A stretch of DNA of 41,670 bases from a virus. A program made the translations under genes and the position numbers. The notes under the pieces are model-generated. The model searched no databases, was not told the origin of the DNA, and saw only the letters and a program-made list of their open reading frames with translations. Positions 39,901 through 41,670 of the stretch are shown here, piece by piece. The stretch is taken from IMG/VR virus record IMGVR_UViG_3300045988_034731; one strand, written 5' to 3'. Each line of letters opens with the position of its first letter. The first letter of the stretch is position 1.

Positions 39901-41670
39901 GGACATTGACCAGGTGGGCACGGCGGACGTCTTCAACGGCCAGAACTCGGTCATGTGGGTCAACCTCCGGCAGGCATACGGAGCGGAGATCGCCGCCATG
40001 TACCAGTCTCTCCGTTCCACCGGGAAGCTCTCCTACGCTCTCGTGGAAGAGATGTTTGAGACCCATCAGGCCAAGTGGCCGGAGGCCATTTTCAACGAGG
40101 ACGCCTACTTCAAGTATTTGCAGCCCCTCATCGAGGACGGCACCTCCGCCTACCTCTCCATGCTCCAAGGCAGCAAGGCGGAGCAGCGTAAGTGGTGGCT
40201 CTACAACCGCTTCCGCTATCTGGACGCTAAGTACAACGCCGGGGACGCCCTGACGGACACCATTACCCTGCGTGGCTACGCCAAAGACAATATCTCCGTG
40301 ACGCCCTACGCCGACATCTACGCCTCCATCAAGTACGGCTCCTACCTCGTCCAGAAGCGGGCCCTGCGGGGCAGCAGTTACGTGCTGGAGTGCCCCCTGG
40401 ATAACGTCAACGACACGGAAATCTACGTGTACAGCGCCTCCCAGCTCAAGGCCATTGGCGACCTCAGCGGCCTGAAGGTGGGCTACGCCGAGTTCAGCCT
40501 GGCGACCCGGCTCCAGAGTCTCAAGCTGGGCGACAGCGCCGAGAGCTACAGCAACCCCAACCTGACGGAGCTGTACCTGGGCAACAACCGCCTCCTCACC
40601 ACCCTGGACGTGCGCAACTGCCCCAACCTCACCATGGCGGTGGATGTCTCCGGCTGCACCGGCCTGGAACACGCCTACTTTGACGGCACCGCCATCACCG
40701 GCCTGACCCTCCCCAACGGCGGCGTCCTCAAAACGCTGCACCTGCCCGCCACCGTCACCAACCTCACCGTCCGCAACCAGGGCGGCATCACGGACTTCTC
40801 TATGCCTGCCTATTCGGCCATCACCACCCTGCGGGTGGAGAACTCCCCCGCCATCCCGGCCAAGGACATTCTCTCCGCCATGGCGGCCAACAGCCGTGTC
40901 CGGCTCCTGGGCGTCAGCTGGAGCTTTGACACGGCGGCGGACATCCTCTCCCTGCTGGATACCCTGGACACCATGCGGGGCCTGGACGAGCAGGGCAACA
41001 ACGTGGATAAGGCCCAGGTCAGCGGCACGGTCTCCACCACCAACATCACCGGGGCCCAGTTGGCGGACATCCACAGCCGCCACCCCGACCTCACGGTGGT
41101 GTATCAGCACATCACCTCGCAGCTCAAGTTCTACAACGGCACTACGCTCCTCCAGACCGTGGACGTGGTAGACGGCGGCGACGGGGCCTATACCGGCAGC
41201 ACACCCACCAAAGCCAGCACGGCCCAGTACAGCTACACCTTCGCCGGTTGGTCCCTGACGGACGGCGGCCCGGTGGATGCCAACGCCACCAAGGCCGTGA
41301 CAGCGGACCGGAACGTCTACGCCGCCTTTACCGCAACCGTGCGGACCTACACCGTGCGCTTCTACAACGGTTCCACCCTCCTCCAGACGTCCACCAACAT
41401 CCCCTACGGCGGCAGCGCCAGCTATACCGGGACCGCACCCACCAAGGAAGGGGACTACGAGTTCACGGGATGGAGTCCCAGCCCCAGCAACATCACGGGA
41501 GATACCAACTGCTATGCGCAGTTCCGGTTTACGGGGTTGCCGGGGATTGCGTGGACCCAGAGCAATATCATAAGCGGAAACTTTTATGGCGTAGATTTTG
41601 GGGATAATTTGTGGGTCGCTGCTGGCAGCACCGGCATGTATTACAGCACCGACGGGAAGAACTGGACCCA
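36971..41670 (+). CDS. Giant multidomain tail-fibre/receptor-binding protein, running off the window end and continuing at 1..563 (1,716 aa in total). Domain order: LamG-like, CotH kinase-like, LRR-like, two Listeria-Bacteroides repeats, Asp-box blades.
   Basis: I translated frame 2 from ATG 36971 to 41670 codon by codon and found no stop. Approximate domain positions: LamG-like about 38270-38880, CotH-like about 38950-40240, LRR-like about 40440-40900, Flg_new-type repeats about 41110-41535, blades from about 41540. Confidence 0.9.
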   Translation, partial: MADKSINDLPAVESLADDGLLPVYQDGGAKRLTGAQLSQYAGDAAVDAVTEQAEEITKAATKTATEAATAAASSASAAAGSAATAKANADAVDPDAINSRIAAKADNLYFDEDTKLLYLTSGGEIIGDGIKVSVGGSGGGGGSDNNAVLTLSNTTGWIFKSIAMGAACPLSVSWSSLEDGLATGGGVLKVTVNGAQKLTQQVAQGAVTVDVGSYLSPGTNAVKVNISDVYGNSRTLSFSITAVALSLSSSFDASVPYTGAIAYPYTPTGTATKVMHFKLDGVELETVTVTASGRQQTYTIPAQTHGSHSLEVWFTATVDGESVSSNVLRYDLICTVEGTTTPIIASAWQQATAEQYSTLSIPYIVYNPSGLTAEITLKVGSTVLKTLTVDRTEQVWSYRADEVGALSLSIVCGSVTKTFTTTVTESTVNVEAETADLALHLTASGRSNTEANKSSWSYGSIAASLTGFNWTSDGWTTDADGITALRVAGDARVTIPLQIFAQDFRTTGKTIELEFATRDVMDYDATVISCLSGGRGIKVTAQKASLTSEQSEVSTQYKEDEHVRLAFVVEKRAENRLILVYINGILSGAVQYPADDDFSQSSPVGISIGSNSCTTDIYGIRVYNNSLTRYQVLNNWIADSQAIDDLLARYQRNKVYDDYGQIVIDDLPQDLPYLILEGPELPQYKGDKKTVSGSFVDPTDSSRNFTFTGASINVQGTSSQYYARKNYKVTFKGGFVVDGVTAAKYALRPGAIPVDTFTFKADVASSEGANNVELVRLYNDACPYQTPPQEANSAVRQGIDGFPMVIFWRHGDETTFLGKYNFNNDKGTPEVYGFAEGDESWEILNNTSDRVLWKSADFTGDWTGDFEGRYPDGNTDTTKLAALAAWLVSTDQSAVTSDADKAARLAKFKSELPDHLELQSALFYYLFTELFLMVDSRAKNAFPSHLGPDKWCWLPYDFDTAIGTNNEGALVFGYALEDIDQVGTADVFNGQNSVMWVNLRQAYGAEIAAMYQSLRSTGKLSYALVEEMFETHQAKWPEAIFNEDAYFKYLQPLIEDGTSAYLSMLQGSKAEQRKWWLYNRFRYLDAKYNAGDALTDTITLRGYAKDNISVTPYADIYASIKYGSYLVQKRALRGSSYVLECPLDNVNDTEIYVYSASQLKAIGDLSGLKVGYAEFSLATRLQSLKLGDSAESYSNPNLTELYLGNNRLLTTLDVRNCPNLTMAVDVSGCTGLEHAYFDGTAITGLTLPNGGVLKTLHLPATVTNLTVRNQGGITDFSMPAYSAITTLRVENSPAIPAKDILSAMAANSRVRLLGVSWSFDTAADILSLLDTLDTMRGLDEQGNNVDKAQVSGTVSTTNITGAQLADIHSRHPDLTVVYQHITSQLKFYNGTTLLQTVDVVDGGDGAYTGSTPTKASTAQYSYTFAGWSLTDGGPVDANATKAVTADRNVYAAFTATVRTYTVRFYNGSTLLQTSTNIPYGGSASYTGTAPTKEGDYEFTGWSPSPSNITGDTNCYAQFRFTGLPGIAWTQSNIISGNFYGVDFGDNLWVAAGSTGMYYSTDGKNWT
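41559..41670. repeat. Terminal direct repeat, identical to 1-112
   Basis: Same evidence as for 1-112. Confidence 0.95.

Noticed and set aside
37451-41110. Three long minus-strand ORFs from the track (37451..38656, 39011..39715, 39722..41110; 401, 234 and 462 aa)
   Set aside because: They are antisense shadows of the GC-rich fibre gene. Their composition is Gly/Arg/Val/His/Pro-dominated with no domain-like sequence, and they have no RBS. They lie entirely inside a continuous + strand frame whose translation contains recognisable LamG, CotH, LRR and repeat domains.

Overview
The window is a complete, circularly closed genome of a temperate, siphovirus-type tailed phage. It is GC-rich by eye and has Firmicutes/Clostridia-style signals: GGAGG ribosome-binding sites, an XhlA-holin-CHAP lysis cassette and a sunset-domain protein. 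Nt 1-112 are identical to nt 41559-41670, so the unique length is 41,558 bp.

The largest gene starts at ATG 36971, runs off the window end and continues in phase into 1..563 (1,716 aa). The ORF track omits it because it has no stop inside the window. The track lists three long antisense shadow ORFs in its place.

Module order:
- tail-fibre C-terminus (1-563)
- lysis cassette (582-1815)
- small HTH gene and bidirectional terminator
- leftward 3-gene regulator operon (3415-2171)
- consensus promoter with palindromic operators, then a terminator-capped leader (3459-3618)
- rightward 8-ORF accessory cassette with low-complexity, exosporium-like proteins (3649-6919)
- attP with a tRNA/tmRNA 3' fragment and arm-type repeats (6920-7187)
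- tyrosine integrase
- HTH repressor genes and a sunset-domain operon
- consensus early promoter and Cro-like gene (10416-10804)
- C5-methyltransferase-like and MazG-like genes
- DUF1351/RecT/MBL recombination module
- replisome organiser with phased iterons, and a helicase loader
- small early genes and an SLT transglycosylase
- late-regulator candidate
- about 1.1 kb of ORF-free, hairpin-dense sequence with an embedded tRNA-like element (21849-22937)
- terS, terL, portal, MuF-toxin fusion, gp10-like, scaffold, capsid, connectors, major tail protein, G/G-T chaperone with a T_TTT_TTC slippery site, tape measure, baseplate proteins and the giant fibre

Most interesting observations:
1. The large structured non-coding region upstream of terS, a GOLLD/ROOL-style candidate.
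2. A CotH kinase-like domain with LamG, LRR, Listeria-Bacteroides repeats and Asp-box blades in the junction-spanning fibre.
3. A MuF polymorphic toxin with a PD-ExK C-terminal module of low GC and no adjacent immunity gene.
4. The operator- and terminator-controlled accessory cassette.
5. AAGCAA iterons phased at about 10.4 bp inside the replication gene.

All domain calls come from reading the translations and from memory of the families. No searches were run.
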